A DNA stretch of 64,000 nucleotides from Octopus sinensis (taxonomy: Eukaryota). The stretch's first letter is position 1. Every line of letters starts with the position of its first letter. This document shows, one piece after another, positions 41,620 to 55,129 of this stretch. The notes beneath the pieces are model-generated. The model saw only the letters and a list, made by a program, of their open reading frames with translations. It was not told the DNA's origin and ran no database searches. The position numbers and the translations under genes are program-made. The stretch covers positions 45,818,001 to 45,882,000 of the forward strand of contig NC_043012.1 in NCBI RefSeq assembly GCF_006345805.1, given 5' to 3'.

Positions 41620-42230
41620 ATATGTTACATTACTCGGTAGTCAAGATAAAACTCTGAGTTTCAGATGCCGAAGTGGAAATCCACAACACCATCTCTTCGG
41701 TTATCTGGCTATTTGAAAACGTTATGAAAAAATACCGTTAAAAATGAAGGGAAATTACTCTGTTATAACTCTGCTTTGCCTGCGTACTTATACATCGCTC
41801 GCAGTTTTCGTCATAAAAATTATATAAAAATACATAAAAATATATAAAAATATATAAAAATATATAAAATCTTCTTGGGACATAACACAGAAAGCATGTT
41901 CTATCCCTTTTTTTTTAGGGGACCAAAAACGTAACAGAAATTTAGTCACGTGTGGGCATGATCCGAAAAGCTCTGTCCTTGTATTTAGACATGTGGTAGG
42001 GTATAAGCTGCTTTTCCAGATAAGCCATCTCTCCATGTCGCATAAACCGCACCTTCCGCTGCCGTTAGTATAGGGCTTACATCTGGCCAAAATCTTCCAT
42101 TGTATGTTATAATCGACACCTTTATCTCTTAAAGACCAAATATGATTGGATAATTGTGTCGCTTTTCTTTTGTTCCAGTGCCTAGGATATTCCCTACTTG
42201 ATTGACTCTGAGCCTCTAAGCATAAGATAC
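41620..42230 (-). mobile_element. Penelope-like element 3' fragment (GIY-YIG C-terminus plus pLTR)
   Basis: TQLSNHIWSLRDKGVDYNIQWKIL..YTNGSGRCGLC.ME..I..LNTR.EL...C.H..KFLL is the conserved PLE endonuclease tail. Confidence 0.8.
41644..41706 (-). ncRNA. Hammerhead-like motif with palindromic stem III
   Basis: agataa-CCGAAGA-gatg..catc-t-GAA-ACTC-A-GAGT-T-ttatct: 6-bp stem I, degenerate core. Confidence 0.5.
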
Positions 42231-43818
42231 TTCGAGCCTCGATCAGGTCAATTGAAGGGAATATTGTAAAGGAGATGTTAAGGTTGTTGATTAGTGTAAT
42301 TGCGAGAGCATCAGACAAATGTTTATGCAGTATGTTATAAACTTGAGATCATCTTTGCCTTCAATCCTTTTGTGATCGATAAAATATGATATTATCCACT
42401 AACATCCTGTCCTGAAAACTTTGGGTTTATGGGCTTAACTTAGAATCTATTACATGATAAATTTTTAATTTAGTTCACTTCAAATGCGAGTGAGAAATAA
42501 TTCTCTCTACATTCAGCGCACAAATTATCCCAATGATAATTCATAAATATTGTCAATAAATAGCGGTATGTCAATAAATAGCTTCTCAATATTCAAGTGG
42601 AAGCAAATATTTGTGTAATATTCAAATGAGCAAAACATACATAAATACTTATTTTTAAAGAGCAAGTTGCTATGTTCGAGGATATTAATATACTTAACCA
42701 GTTTCTAGCGGGTACAGCATTTCATTTATGCGAAGCAGTCATTTCTCATTTCTTTGGGATTTAATGGGTTACATGTCTATTGTGATTGATATATTAGTTT
42801 GCATGGACAAAATTTTCAGTGAATAACACTAACGTAATATTTCGTACGCACGCATCTATACACATGTGGAAGTGAATATACACATATGAATGTGAAATTA
42901 TACATAAATATATTCCATGCACAACAACAGTTATATCGAATCCTGATATCTATCGACTGGTAATAATAATCCATTGCAGTATCTGTTTTCTTTTTCTGCT
43001 ACTCTCAAAGGCAGACATTTCTTTATTTCTAAAGTTTCTCTCACCTACGCATATGCTTCTTGGAGACATATTAAATCACGTTATTCTAGATTTCCTTGCA
43101 TTTTATTTCTTATGAATGGAAATGCTCATTATTCCAGTCCATACGCATTCAGTATTTTCTCAAAGTAACAGTAACCTCAACTGTAAAAGCTCAACAAAAT
43201 TGTTTACCGTGTAGCAATCTTATGCACGCGATGGAACAACAATCACCATATCTCACAGAAAGACACGCATTAAATATAACAGCAATTGAAAAAGAAGCTA
43301 TGTACAAAGATACGTATCCTTGTTATAATTATATGTCCACGCCTACAATTTTCATTCTAAGAAGGAAACCATCTACATCAGTGATTATTTTTTCTTTTAG
43401 CCTAGGCATTATTGCTGACAACATAACTTCTACTGAGAGAAGCATCTCATCACTTCTTGTGCTAATTATCTCTTATTTTCTCTCCTTTATAAATGAATTA
43501 TTTGCATGAGACAACTGCTCGTCAGGACCCTGGACCAAATGAGGCGTCAAAGCAATAAAATTTCCTTCTGTGACAGCTGCAAACGCGTTTTTCCGTATTA
43601 CAAGCCAACGAAATAATTCAGCTCCCCACCCACTTAAACTAAATGAAGATTACTGATTCATATTTACTCATTATCCTTAGTGCCACTTTAATATTTCTTA
43701 CGTCTTGCTAATTTTGTTTTGTTTTTTCTTTCAGGTCATCTTATTCATTTTCCAAGAATGTAACCCTGTTTTTTTTATTATGGTATATTTGAAATAGTTC
43801 ACATATTTATTGATCTTC

Positions 43819-43863
43819 CACCACCACCACCACCACCACCACCACCTCATCCACATCCTTCCG

Positions 43864-43919
<56 letters not shown>

Positions 43920-43920
43920 T

Positions 43921-43955
<35 letters not shown>

Positions 43956-44040
43956 TGGCTGCTGCTGCTGCCGCTACAGTGCTGCTGCTGTTGCTACCGC
44001 CGCTGCCAGCACCACCGTTGCTATGCTACCGCTACTGCTG
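43819..44040. repeat. Compound trinucleotide repeat (CAC)n-(TAC)n-(TGC)n
   Basis: Directly visible. Confidence 0.95.
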
Positions 44041-44269
44041 AAGAGGAGGTGTCGATGATGATACTTTTCTTTTATCATTTTCTTTTCTTTATATTCGTCA
44101 ATTTCAACATTCATGATTATTCTTGAGGTGAGGTAACCTTGCTCTCTGAAAAGCTTCATCTCAAATATGTTATATATAATCCAAATTAGCGCCTTGTAAA
44201 ACTGTGGGATTAAAGTAGAAATATATTCAATTGACAGATACAGTTTTTACCAATATTACTTCTGGCAAT

Positions 44270-44460
44270 ACAGCGAGGAGCTGGTAGAATCGTTACCTCG
44301 CCGGTCAGAAGACTTAACGGCATTTCGTCCGTCCTTTACATTCTGAGTTGAAATTTCACCGAAGTCGAATTTTCCTTTTATCCTTCTGTGGTTGATAAAA
44401 TAGATTCCAGCTGAGCACTGGTGACCCTAACAACGTGGCCTTGTGCCAATGTTTAAAACC
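44270..44460 (+). mobile_element. SINE family B copy, degenerate
   Basis: Similar to other family B copies. Confidence 0.65.
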
Positions 44461-45414
44461 ATTATTAATCCTGATAATTTTCTTTTTTATATGTAGGTTA
44501 CATTTTCGGAAATGGTACCTGTTTGCTGATCGCACAATTCATGTATGGCAGTGTATTCATCAAATGATATGCATGTTTTCTTTAAGTTTATAGAACAACA
44601 TGACTTTGGTTGGGATATGCTCGATTTAATCGACTGCACTATTTTTCAACATCAGAAGCTTGAAATATTGGTAAGAACACTGGATATTATTCGGATAGTT
44701 TATCGAGCAGACTATTGATTCTACTAAAAACTCCTAACTTAATCATGCATTTTAAGTAAACCAATATATTCATATAATTTTCATCCTTAAACTGCTACAC
44801 TCTTTGTTTAAAGTTGGTAAGTCGACGTAAGGGAAGACATGTAGTTTGAACCTCGGCCAAAGTTCTCACAGTATTTGTTGGTTATGAGCGATTTCCATTT
44901 GTGTCTCGAATTTGCCAGTGTGCTACTTGGTCCATAATAGAGAAAGTTGATTTTATAAGTGATGTAGTATTAATTAATAGTAAGACAATTTCTGACCACC
45001 CTTCTTAGTTAATAATTGATTCTGGTCCCAAAAGGGATATGCGTCAAAACATGAGTGTTTACCAGCAAAACCTTCATACTGTAATGTGATAGCGATATCC
45101 CTTCTACTTTGGGGTTCAATTGGAAGTGTGAGATGTGGCTTATTTTTAGATTTGACATTTATAGTTCCATAGATTTCGAGGAAATTGAAAATATTACTCT
45201 TCTAGGTAGAAATAATAGTGTGAGCTCTACGTAGTTGTAATCTATAAGTAGTCGCTCTATATTTCTATGCTTTATACTTTTGCTAGCAACTCCATTAATG
45301 AGGCATTTATCGGGATAGGTAGCATATAACACACAGCTCTAATATATTGAGGCAACGTGAAATCTGTCCTGACCTGAATATGATTCACGCTTTATTTCCA
45401 AACCCAAGATGAAT

Positions 45415-45945
45415 GTTAGGATCAACACTTTGAGCTAGCGACAAAGATACAATCCATGCAGTAGAAACACATCACCTTACCTGCTCCAAGATCATTTCAT
45501 CTGCAGGGATGATAAGTGTCTCAGTTTTGGGGGATGCAAAATACTTTGTGTCTATTGGCTATCTTTAAAAGGGCCACACCATCAATGGAGAGTCCCTTGC
45601 GAACTTGCTGAGCTAGTTACGAAAGGCTATCATTACCAAATGACCAAGAAAACAGGAAAGGGGTTTGTTTTACACAGGTCGTTGGTTTCAGTAGGTTCTA
45701 TTGGAGATTATGGCATTGAGCTGATTGATCACATTCCTTATTGTCCCATTTCACCCCATTTCATTGTCATCTATTGGTCAACAGGCAAGGACACTTTTCT
45801 GGGAGCTAGTATCGTAATGACGATAACGCCAATCTGCCTTTTGTGAACAACAGGATAAAAAAGCTTATTCATCAATGAGATCCAAGCACATCCTCATCAA
45901 TGGAAAATGTGTGTGAACTGCAAGAGGAGCGATATTAAATAATAT
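45415..45945 (+). mobile_element. Degraded mariner catalytic-domain remnant
   Basis: Relics of ETKxQSMQWKH, (W)DAK, KGHTINGE..ANLL, GFELxDHxPY and ..WK.CV in order; related to the 32050-33100 element. Confidence 0.65.
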
Positions 45946-46977
45946 GCTTCATATGGCCACATTCCATGTGTATCTTGATCAGTCTATGATTTTTTCAGCC
46001 GATGCTCATATAGTACCCGAATGTAAATATTGTAAACATTTTAAGGTGTTAAAAACCATCTGAAAAGAATATATCCTAATAATATACAGCTAATCATCAT
46101 TGTTAACCAATAACACAATATTAAGATGTATGTTAATATATGTGTATACATAAATGATGGTGCTCTCTGAGTATATCCAATAGAAAGTATATTCGTTTTT
46201 GTGTGACTCTGTGATGTTTTATATAGCTATGTGTATATCGCAGCACTTTGTATTGCAAAATTTATTGAATCTCTGATTATTTATTAGAAGCTCAGAGTTG
46301 TCTTAAATATTTTGTCTCAAATTTACAGGAATATATTCCTATATAACTCCACTATTGCTCTTATCGTAGGAGATAACCTTGTTTCAGGATCTGCGTTTTA
46401 CTTACAGTAGACGGGAAAAGTATTCTATATGAAGCAATGAAAACATGGAAACGGAAAACATCTTGGTAATGACTTCATACTATGTATCTTCCTATAGCTT
46501 ATTGAATTTAATAAGTAAACTGCTAAATATTGTATATAATTTCAGATAAAAGCAACTTTAGATCCACTTTGTACCTCTATTTTCCCATCTTTATCTCATA
46601 TATCATGGTGGTATATCAAGTAACTACAGATTCGAGAATATATGTTCTCCAAAGTCAAGATAGGTTATGATAACAATATGAAAGAACCTGGTGTTACAAC
46701 AGTGAGGAAATACAATAGCGTACACTTCACTAAAATACAGAGACGTTAAGCCCTTCTGCTCTTCCGATGCCATAGCCAATTTACCAGAAAGAGTAAATGG
46801 ATCCTTCTTGCCTCCAAAGTGTCATGGATCTATTTGTAATCCACGGAATGATGAATCATGAGTTTATTTTTCATTCACATATTCTTGTGCAACAACGTAA
46901 ATTAGTTGATCTACCTTAAATCAGATACTATGATCATAAGTTAAACAGCTATTGATGCCTCGTGGGATGGGTGTGTA

Positions 46978-48249
46978 CGAGGGGCGTTCAATAAGTAATG
47001 CCCATGACCCACTTCCCATAGCAGTAGAGCAACGAAACTTGGCACAGTTATTAGTCTTTTTCTACATAGGAACCACCCAGAGTTACCCATTTCTCCCATT
47101 GTTTGATGCAGCTCTGGAGACCGTTTTTGTAGAAGACCCCAGCTTGGTCCTCCAACCACGACATGACTTCAGAAATCAAGGCTGCATCATCTGGGAAATG
47201 CTTTTCTTTCAAAAACAACTTCATGGCTGGGAAGAGGTGAAAATCAGAGGGTGCAAGATCAGGAGAGTAGGGGGGATGGGGGAGGAGTTCATAGTCGCAC
47301 GCCTGTGCTTCTGATCTGGCGACACGCGAGTTGTGGACCGGAGCGTTGTCCTGCAAGAGGAGGAAACCTTTGCTGATCTTGCACCGCCTCTTGATTTTGA
47401 TAGCTTCTCTTAATTTCCTCAAAAATGAAGCATAATAGGCTCCTGTAATTGTGGTACCCTTTTCCAGGAAATCTATCATCACAACTCCGTCCTGGTCCCA
47501 GAAGAATGTGAGCATGATCTTGCCAGCGGAGGGCTGCACCCTTGCCTTCTTTAGAGGAGGTGAGTCACGTAGCTTCCACTGGATTGGCTGGGCTTTGGTC
47601 TCTGGATCATAGTGATGGACCCAGGTGTCATCCTGTGTAAACAGTCTTTTGACAAATTTTGACTCATCTTCTTGGCACATCTCCAAATTCATCCTCGAGC
47701 ACTCGACGCGTGCTTGCTTCTGCAAAGGTGTGAGCAGCCTGGGAATCCATCTAGCAGACACCTTTTGCATATGCAAATGGTCATGAATGATAGCTTCTAC
47801 AGACCCGGTACTAATCTTGACCTCATGGGCTATTTGCCGAATAGTTATGCGTCGATCTTCCAAAATGGCAGCCTCAACTTGACGGACAGATGCCTCATCA
47901 ATGGCAGAAGAGGGCGACCAGTTCTGGGAGCTGTTTCCACAGAGTTCTGACCATGTTTGAATTCACGATGCCTGCGTTTTACATATGATGGGGCATCATC
48001 ACCATAAGTTACTTTCATTTCATCAAAAGATCTGCCGTGGTGTGCTCCTTTCAAATACAAAAACCGGATCACTGCTCGACACTCAACAAGTTCCATTTCA
48101 CACTTGACTCAGTTCAAACGCCTGTAAATCAGAAACCAGAATTAGTTCAGAGCTGTAATTTGCCACTTAATCTATTGAGATATAAATAATTTCAGCTAGA
48201 TCAAACAACTGCAAATGGGTCAGGGGCATTACTTATTGAACGTCCCTCG
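46978..48249 (-). mobile_element. Full-length mariner (D,D34D) transposon, 1272 bp, TA TSD
   Basis: 33-bp TIRs (cgaggggcgttcaataagtaatgcccatgaccc vs cgagggacgttcaataagtaatgcccctgaccc, 2 mismatches) flanked by TA. Confidence 0.95.
47051..48096 (-). pseudogene. Mariner transposase, frameshifted in the N-terminal HTH region
   Basis: MELVECRAVIRFLYLKG.. then, in another frame, WIPRLLT, TQDDTWVHHYDPETK, QDNAPVH-34 aa-D, HPPYSPDLAPSDFHLF. Confidence 0.92.
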
Positions 48250-50059
48250 TATGTAATGACCACACACGTTTCACACGAATATTCAGAGAAAAGTGACATA
48301 CATATGACTCATCTTGAGGCTTTCTCCGTAGTTATAGTTCCTGCAATAAACAATAACCACGTCTTCATGAAATAGCCTTACGCAGCATTAAGAAAATGAA
48401 TAAAATAATTCTGCTGGTTACGTCTGAATGCCTTTGCTATCACGAAATAGATAACGTCGTAGTGTCAGCATCGTCTTGTAACAGAATAACATAAATGAAA
48501 CATGTTTTGTCAAAGTTGAAACTCAAATTCAATTGAAATGAAAACGTAAAACAACGTAACTACACATATGAACTGACGCCGCTTTCACTAAAATAACTTA
48601 TCAGTCTTGCAAGTGTTACAAAATTTGCAACGCATTATTTACTTGCATGTTTCTGCATTACTAACGATTTGCGAGCAATTACACTGAAGGTAGATCGAAA
48701 CGTGACTGATAAATTCTGGTCTAGTTAGTTTACACTAAAGAAATATCTAGACAACGCTAATAACATTACCTAAAACATTCCTTTGAATATAAATCCAATA
48801 ACAGTCATAATATAAAAATTAATGCACAAAATTTATTACATTAGTATGACCATTCTGTTATTTAAAAACTAACAATAAAGGAAATTTCATCTAATTTCAT
48901 ATAAATATCTAATGCTCTAGAATGACGTGGTTCTATCTTATTGTTGTGTTATTAGTTTTCCTTGACTTAAACATGTGGATCTGTTTAAATATTTGATGGC
49001 ATTTTCTTTTTAATGCATATGTCTCTATTTCACAGATTCTTCAAATTATGTCCATTGATTTACATCTAAGTATCTATAATCACTGTGTTATATATCCACT
49101 GAGCTCATATGATTTACTGATCGAACACGAAACTACCTTTTGACTATCAGCGTGTGAACAAGTTAAATTTTTTCATTGTAACCTTGGTAAACAGCGTAAC
49201 ATTTATATGACTTTGTTCAAAATTCATGCATATCTATTATCTCTTATTGTACATAAGAAATCAGCATGCGTGGCTGTCCAAACCGATTTAATACCATGGA
49301 ATTTCGTACAGTGAAAACTCGTCCCTCTCTATGAATGTTAACCTTGGAATACAATACATGTGGTTGTATCATATCTCATTCCCAAGAGTCTAAAATTGAG
49401 ACGCAACAATGCTCTGTATGATATCTTATTGGCGATGTTATGATGACGAAGTTTAACACTTTGGACATGCTTGTTTCTGGAACTGTGTGAAAGACCAATG
49501 TGTATGCCATTTAATTTAATTAATACTTGAACTAATCAAAATAATGATTCTTATCTGACAATACGCGACATGTAAACATTAACCTGTAAGTAGCAATTCA
49601 AATCACAAAATGCCATTCTATGTACTTGAAACAAATCGTGATCCATTGCATAGAGAAATAAGGATCTATCAAACAATACCAGATCTATTAGTGGAATTTG
49701 CTGTGAATTTCTTTTCTTGTGTTGACATTTCTCTTGCGACCAGTTTTTATTTGCTACATTTGTTTGATATGCAGCATATGCATGCAAGATATCTATGTAG
49801 TATTCAGATATGTTCTATATATATACTACATAAATCGCAGTAAATATAGTTGATTGTTGTGTGCAATGTTATTCTTTACAATTAGCGTGTGTTATCCTTG
49901 CTTCTCATGCAATCCAATGAGATTATATACCGATTATATAATTATGCTAATCGGAAATATATTTCACTATGCATAACATTTCAATATTATGACTGAGGCC
50001 TAATTAATATTTTTTTTTTTTTTGCATTATTCTATTCGGAATATTAATTTCAAATTTTG

Positions 50060-50250
50060 GAACAAGGCCAGAAATTTTGGAGCCGATTTCATCGACTTAT
50101 GTGGATCAAGAGGTACTTATTTTATCGACCCCGAATGGATGAAGAGTAAAATCAATATCGGCGGTATTTGAACTCTCAATGTATAGATGGGCGAAAGGCC
50201 CCTATGCATTTTTCCTGGTGAGTTAACGATTCCACCACCTCACTGCCTTC
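50060..50250 (-). mobile_element. SINE family B copy, degenerate
   Basis: Reverse-complement similarity to family B. Confidence 0.6.
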
Positions 50251-50481
50251 TTTATTCGGAATATCAAAAAGTAAAATTTCGCATCCTGAATTAAAATTCT
50301 AATACTATAATGATTATGAATGCAGGAGTAGCAATTTCATTTACATATACTGAAAATAAACTCATGAGCGACTTAAGTGATACTTCCTAAAATGCTTTTT
50401 TGGAAGAAAATAAATATAATGGTGTTTTTTGTGTTTCGATTCTTTTAAACGTATTTCTTGCACACTTAATACAAACAGATA

Positions 50482-50698
50482 TATAAGGCGGCGAGCTGGC
50501 AGAGACGTTAGCACGCCGGGTGAAATGCTTAGCAGGATCTCGTCTGCTTTTAAGTTCTGAGTTCAAATTGCGCCGCGGTCGAGTTTGCTTTTCATCCTTT
50601 CGGCGTCAATGAATTAAGTACTAGTGGCGTACTGAGGTCGATCCAGTCGACTGACATTCTCCGCAAAAATTTTGGGCCTTGTGCCTACAGTAGAAAAG
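50482..50698 (+). mobile_element. SINE family B copy with 14-bp target-site duplication
   Basis: aatacaaacagata at 50468-50481 and again at 50699-50712. Confidence 0.85.
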
Positions 50699-53600
50699 AA
50701 TACAAACAGATAGGATATATATTTATACAAGCCAATAACATTATTCGCTTAATCGGAATAGTCAAATAATTAGGTCAATAATAATACGAATAAAATATTT
50801 GTGAAACTACATTGTTCCAAGATGCTACTGTATTCTCTTATGAAAAAAAAAAAGAAAAGAAAAAGAAACAAAATCCATTTAATGTATATGTGATTTAAAG
50901 ATATAAAGTAGTCAGAATCGTTTCAATAATCCTGTTATTTAAATAATTCTTTATTTAGAAAGTCTTATAGAATACAAAATAAACTCCATACCAATTTCAG
51001 CCATTCATATGATAAAAGAAATTACAGCAATTAAAGTCACTTTTAGACACCAGCTGTTCTCAGACTATCCGATTCTCTGATCAATGTTCTGACTATCAGA
51101 TACCATTTCCAAAGTCTTGTCTACATTTAGTCATGCGACATTACATTAACCTAATCCCAGGTGCCCCAAAATTTAATTGCCACTTTTATTACATCAAAGA
51201 ACTCTAAATTTCGTTTCTAAACGATTTCCCTGCTTTACATTACATTATCAACTATTTATCTTCGCTTGGTACTTCTTGAGATATCACTAGAAAGCCATAT
51301 CGCTCTTTCTTTAGGGAAGTATTCACTTAGAGTATTTGTTCATTCATCAAATTCCAAAAGTGCTGTTTTGTCGCTTAACAATACATGCGTTCACATTGTA
51401 TCCCTGGTATTCGACTTCTAGTTTGGCGTGAAACATCTTTTAGTATCGAGATAATTTACTTTTTACTTGGATATTGGAACGAGTCGTGCAATCTAATTTA
51501 TATTACTTATTATATGAAAGCAGTAAAGTATCTACCCAAATAAAAGACTAGGAGAGAAAATTATCTAATTTATTGCGACTTTCTCCATTCTCTTTTGTAG
51601 ATGGATTTGCTTCCTTTTTTTTTAAATCATATGGAATATATAAAGAGATAACACGTTTGAATCAACGTAAAATTGCATATCATCATTTACTTGATTAACA
51701 GTCCAAAATAATCAGTACTTTTCATACTACGCAGAGAGACACTATGACAGTTTAACAAATACGAATGGAAATATCCTAAAAGTAAGATGTGGCAAATGAT
51801 TAAAAGCAATTTGTATTAAAATTCTTTTGTGCCTGGGGAGAGTCATTCTCTTTTGGTACTTTATAACTTAATACACTCACAGGTAAAATTTCTACTTATT
51901 TCTTTTTTATTTTTCTAAAATTTTCTTTGCGTCTTACAACATTTTAAATAGTCTTGACTCTGTCCGCTACTCACACTGCGTTCATCTTTGTTTGTTTGTG
52001 CGCATGTGTGTGGATCAGTTTTTAATTGCCTATATATGCATGCAAGTATGTATGTATGTATGTATGTATGTATGTATGTATGTATGTATGTATGTATGTA
52101 TGTATGTATGCATGTATGTGTGTGTGCATATGTATCAATTTATGTGTGTACATTTGTATGTATTCTGCATACTCATGTGTTTGCATGTCCGTGTTTGTAT
52201 GTTTTTATGCATGTGCGTGTGTGTGTGTACCTCCTTCTCCTTGTGTGTGCATGTCTGAGTGTGTGTGTGTGTGTTTTGCAACTATGTACTGTGTTTGTAT
52301 ATATGACTGTGCATCTCCATATGTGTGGACGTGTGTCTGCCTGTGTGCCCCTGTGTGAAGTAAAGTGTGTGTGTATATATATGTTGATGTGTTTCGGTCT
52401 TCATTTGCGTGTGTGTGCTTGTTTGTTCATATAATCTCTGTAACTATCCGTCTGTATGTTGATCTGTTTACGTTCACATCCATATGCTTACATATATGTG
52501 CATATACATATATATATTCATACACCACCAACACACCCATGCATACATCTATCTACATATATATATATATATATATACATACACCACCCACACACATATA
52601 TACTTACATCTATCTACATAACAGATCACTAACTATTCTACTCTACCTGTGTAAACTGTAGGTATGGGGACATGATATCTACTCTGTATATTTAGTATTG
52701 GGTAAGTTTCATTTATGAGTGCGTACTCCCGTATTTGTCTCAGTGTTGGGTCCTTTGGGTGCTTGGATAAGATGCGGATGTCAAGTTGACCCAGATTACC
52801 TCCATGTTGGTCCTTGGCATGTTGGTAGAATATGGAGGACTGTTTTTTGTCTCCATATTATCTCAAAAATAATTTTAAAGAAATTATATTTTATTTTGCA
52901 AAAAAGCATGTCAGAAAAGTATTTCTGTTGTCGTTTTGGATCTAATCAACAATGATCAAAACGACCTGTTATAGAAAACATTGGGTTTTCGATAATAATG
53001 TTTATATTTACAAATGTTACAAAATTTGCAGCTGCATACTATTACAACATATCTACAAGCAGGCTTATTACATATATTTAATAGAATGCCTGTCGTACTT
53101 GCATGTTAAAACAACAGTTACCATACAAGAAGTTGCGTTTTCATCGTATTTTGACAGTGGTTTTTATTTACAGTATATTTTGTTTTCTGGAGATACTTGT
53201 CTTTCACAGCTACAGAATATTTTGAAATCCGAAATCAATAGCTACACTTCCGCTCTTATGGTGAGCAAGTATCACATATTTTGACATTAGATATCTTAAT
53301 AAAATCCCAATTTCTTTATGTAATGCAATTAGTCGAATTTATTATGGTATAGTAGCACTAGAACTAAGGAAATTTATCCTCGACAAATATGCTAATTCTT
53401 CAAAGTCTTCGATAGAAAATGAGCGTGCGATGCTGAGTCGATAGTTACAATATAAAGTATTCGTTTCCACGAGAGACGAAAACGCAGTCACCACTATGTA
53501 ACTGAGATGAAGATTAGAATTAGGAGTAAAATATCGTAGAACCAGTAAAGTAATGTCTCAATGCTTTTGAAATGAACCCTTATAAAATGCAATTATCTAA

Positions 53601-54789
53601 ATATGGAAAAAAAATTAAGAATATGCATTCATCTAGGGATTTAAAATTCGCATAAAGCTGGTAGGATCCAATATTTAAGTCATAAATCATTTGTATACTT
53701 TCACTGTTTTGAATGTGTTAAATTATAAACATGTCGTTCGTGATGTATTTTTAAAATTTTATTTTTATTTCTTGAGATGAAGAGAAAGAAAATGTTGCAT
53801 ATTATATTCTGCTAACGGTGATGCAAGTAAAGACATAATGAAAAACGCTAGGTATCTCGAATACTTTAAATTTTTATTGACGGATAAAATTATATATGCA
53901 GAATCCATAATTTTTTCAATAAAATATATGAACTTTTCAAAATGTTTTGGAATTTAGCACCTTATATATTCAAATGCGTGTGAATTCCCTACGTATGCGT
54001 AAATATACAAGTATATAAAAGAATATTTTCGGAAACAGAAAATATAATTATGTAAGTAGAACGAAAAATAACGGTGTACTTATATTTAATGACATTCACA
54101 ACACACGCTCAACATTCACATAAGAAATACACAGTCGTAAGGTCAGAAATACGGCCACGCGCATATATATATATATATATAGCTTATAACCAATATAGAT
54201 TATAATAAAAGAATCACAGAAAAAGACACTGCTCAAATGGTAAATCCTCTCAGCATACATGATTTACAAGAACATTCATAAATTCATGCAAAATGCAGCG
54301 TATGCAAGTATTACAGTGTTTTAGTTGTCACTAAAAGTATAATCAAACACTGGAGTATTGGCAAGTATTATATTATTTCTTTCTATTTATTAACAGAATA
54401 AAAGAAATTAACATTAGCAATATCAAATAGTAGCTGGTGAACTTTTTTTCAGAGGAGATAATGAAGGTTTTGTGTACATGAGAACGCATATCCGATATGG
54501 ATACATATCATCACCATAAATAAGGGCGTCATTAAATCTGTAACCCTGATTTACATTATTTTGATAACGTAGAGAAAAATTAATTAATGCTGCATGATGC
54601 ACATTATTTTGAATAATGGAAACGTATACGAAGCTATATCGTAAGAACAGTGTGAGCTACATCACTTTCTGGACAGATACACACAGTTACATTCACATTT
54701 GCTAAAATATGGATACTTATCGGACAATTTCTTTCAACTTATTTTCCTTTCTGTCTCTCTTTCTCTCTCCCCTCTCCCTTTCTCTCTGC

Positions 54790-54820
<31 letters not shown>

Positions 54821-54829
54821 GTAGAAATT

Positions 54830-54990
54830 TACAGAAAAACAAAAGACGAAGACAGGTGTATAAACAACAAGCAGGTGTATTAATTTGACACTCGTGAAAG
54901 TAAGAAAGACTTTTACGTTTCGAGCCTGCGTGCTTCAACAGAAAGGAACACGATGAAACATACAGAGAGAGAATAAAAAGAGAGAATATA
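54830..54990 (-). mobile_element. Penelope pLTR (same family as 1-150) with hammerhead-like motif at 54910-54945
   Basis: Aligns with 1-150; cttt-CTGTTGA-agc..gct-c-GAA-ACGT-A-aaag. Confidence 0.75.
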
Positions 54991-55129
54991 TATGGGTATA
55001 TATGCGTCTACATTTACGTATGCATATGTACATATGCATATATGTATATACACATGTGTATAAATGTATGTATGTATGTATCTATCTACACACACACACA
55101 CACACCCATATATATATATATACATGTAC

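Noticed and set aside
43096-43620. 137-aa + strand ORF with a hydrophobic tail and an overlapping short minus-strand frame
   Set aside because: No recognisable motif or splice context; hydrophobicity is expected from T-rich DNA.
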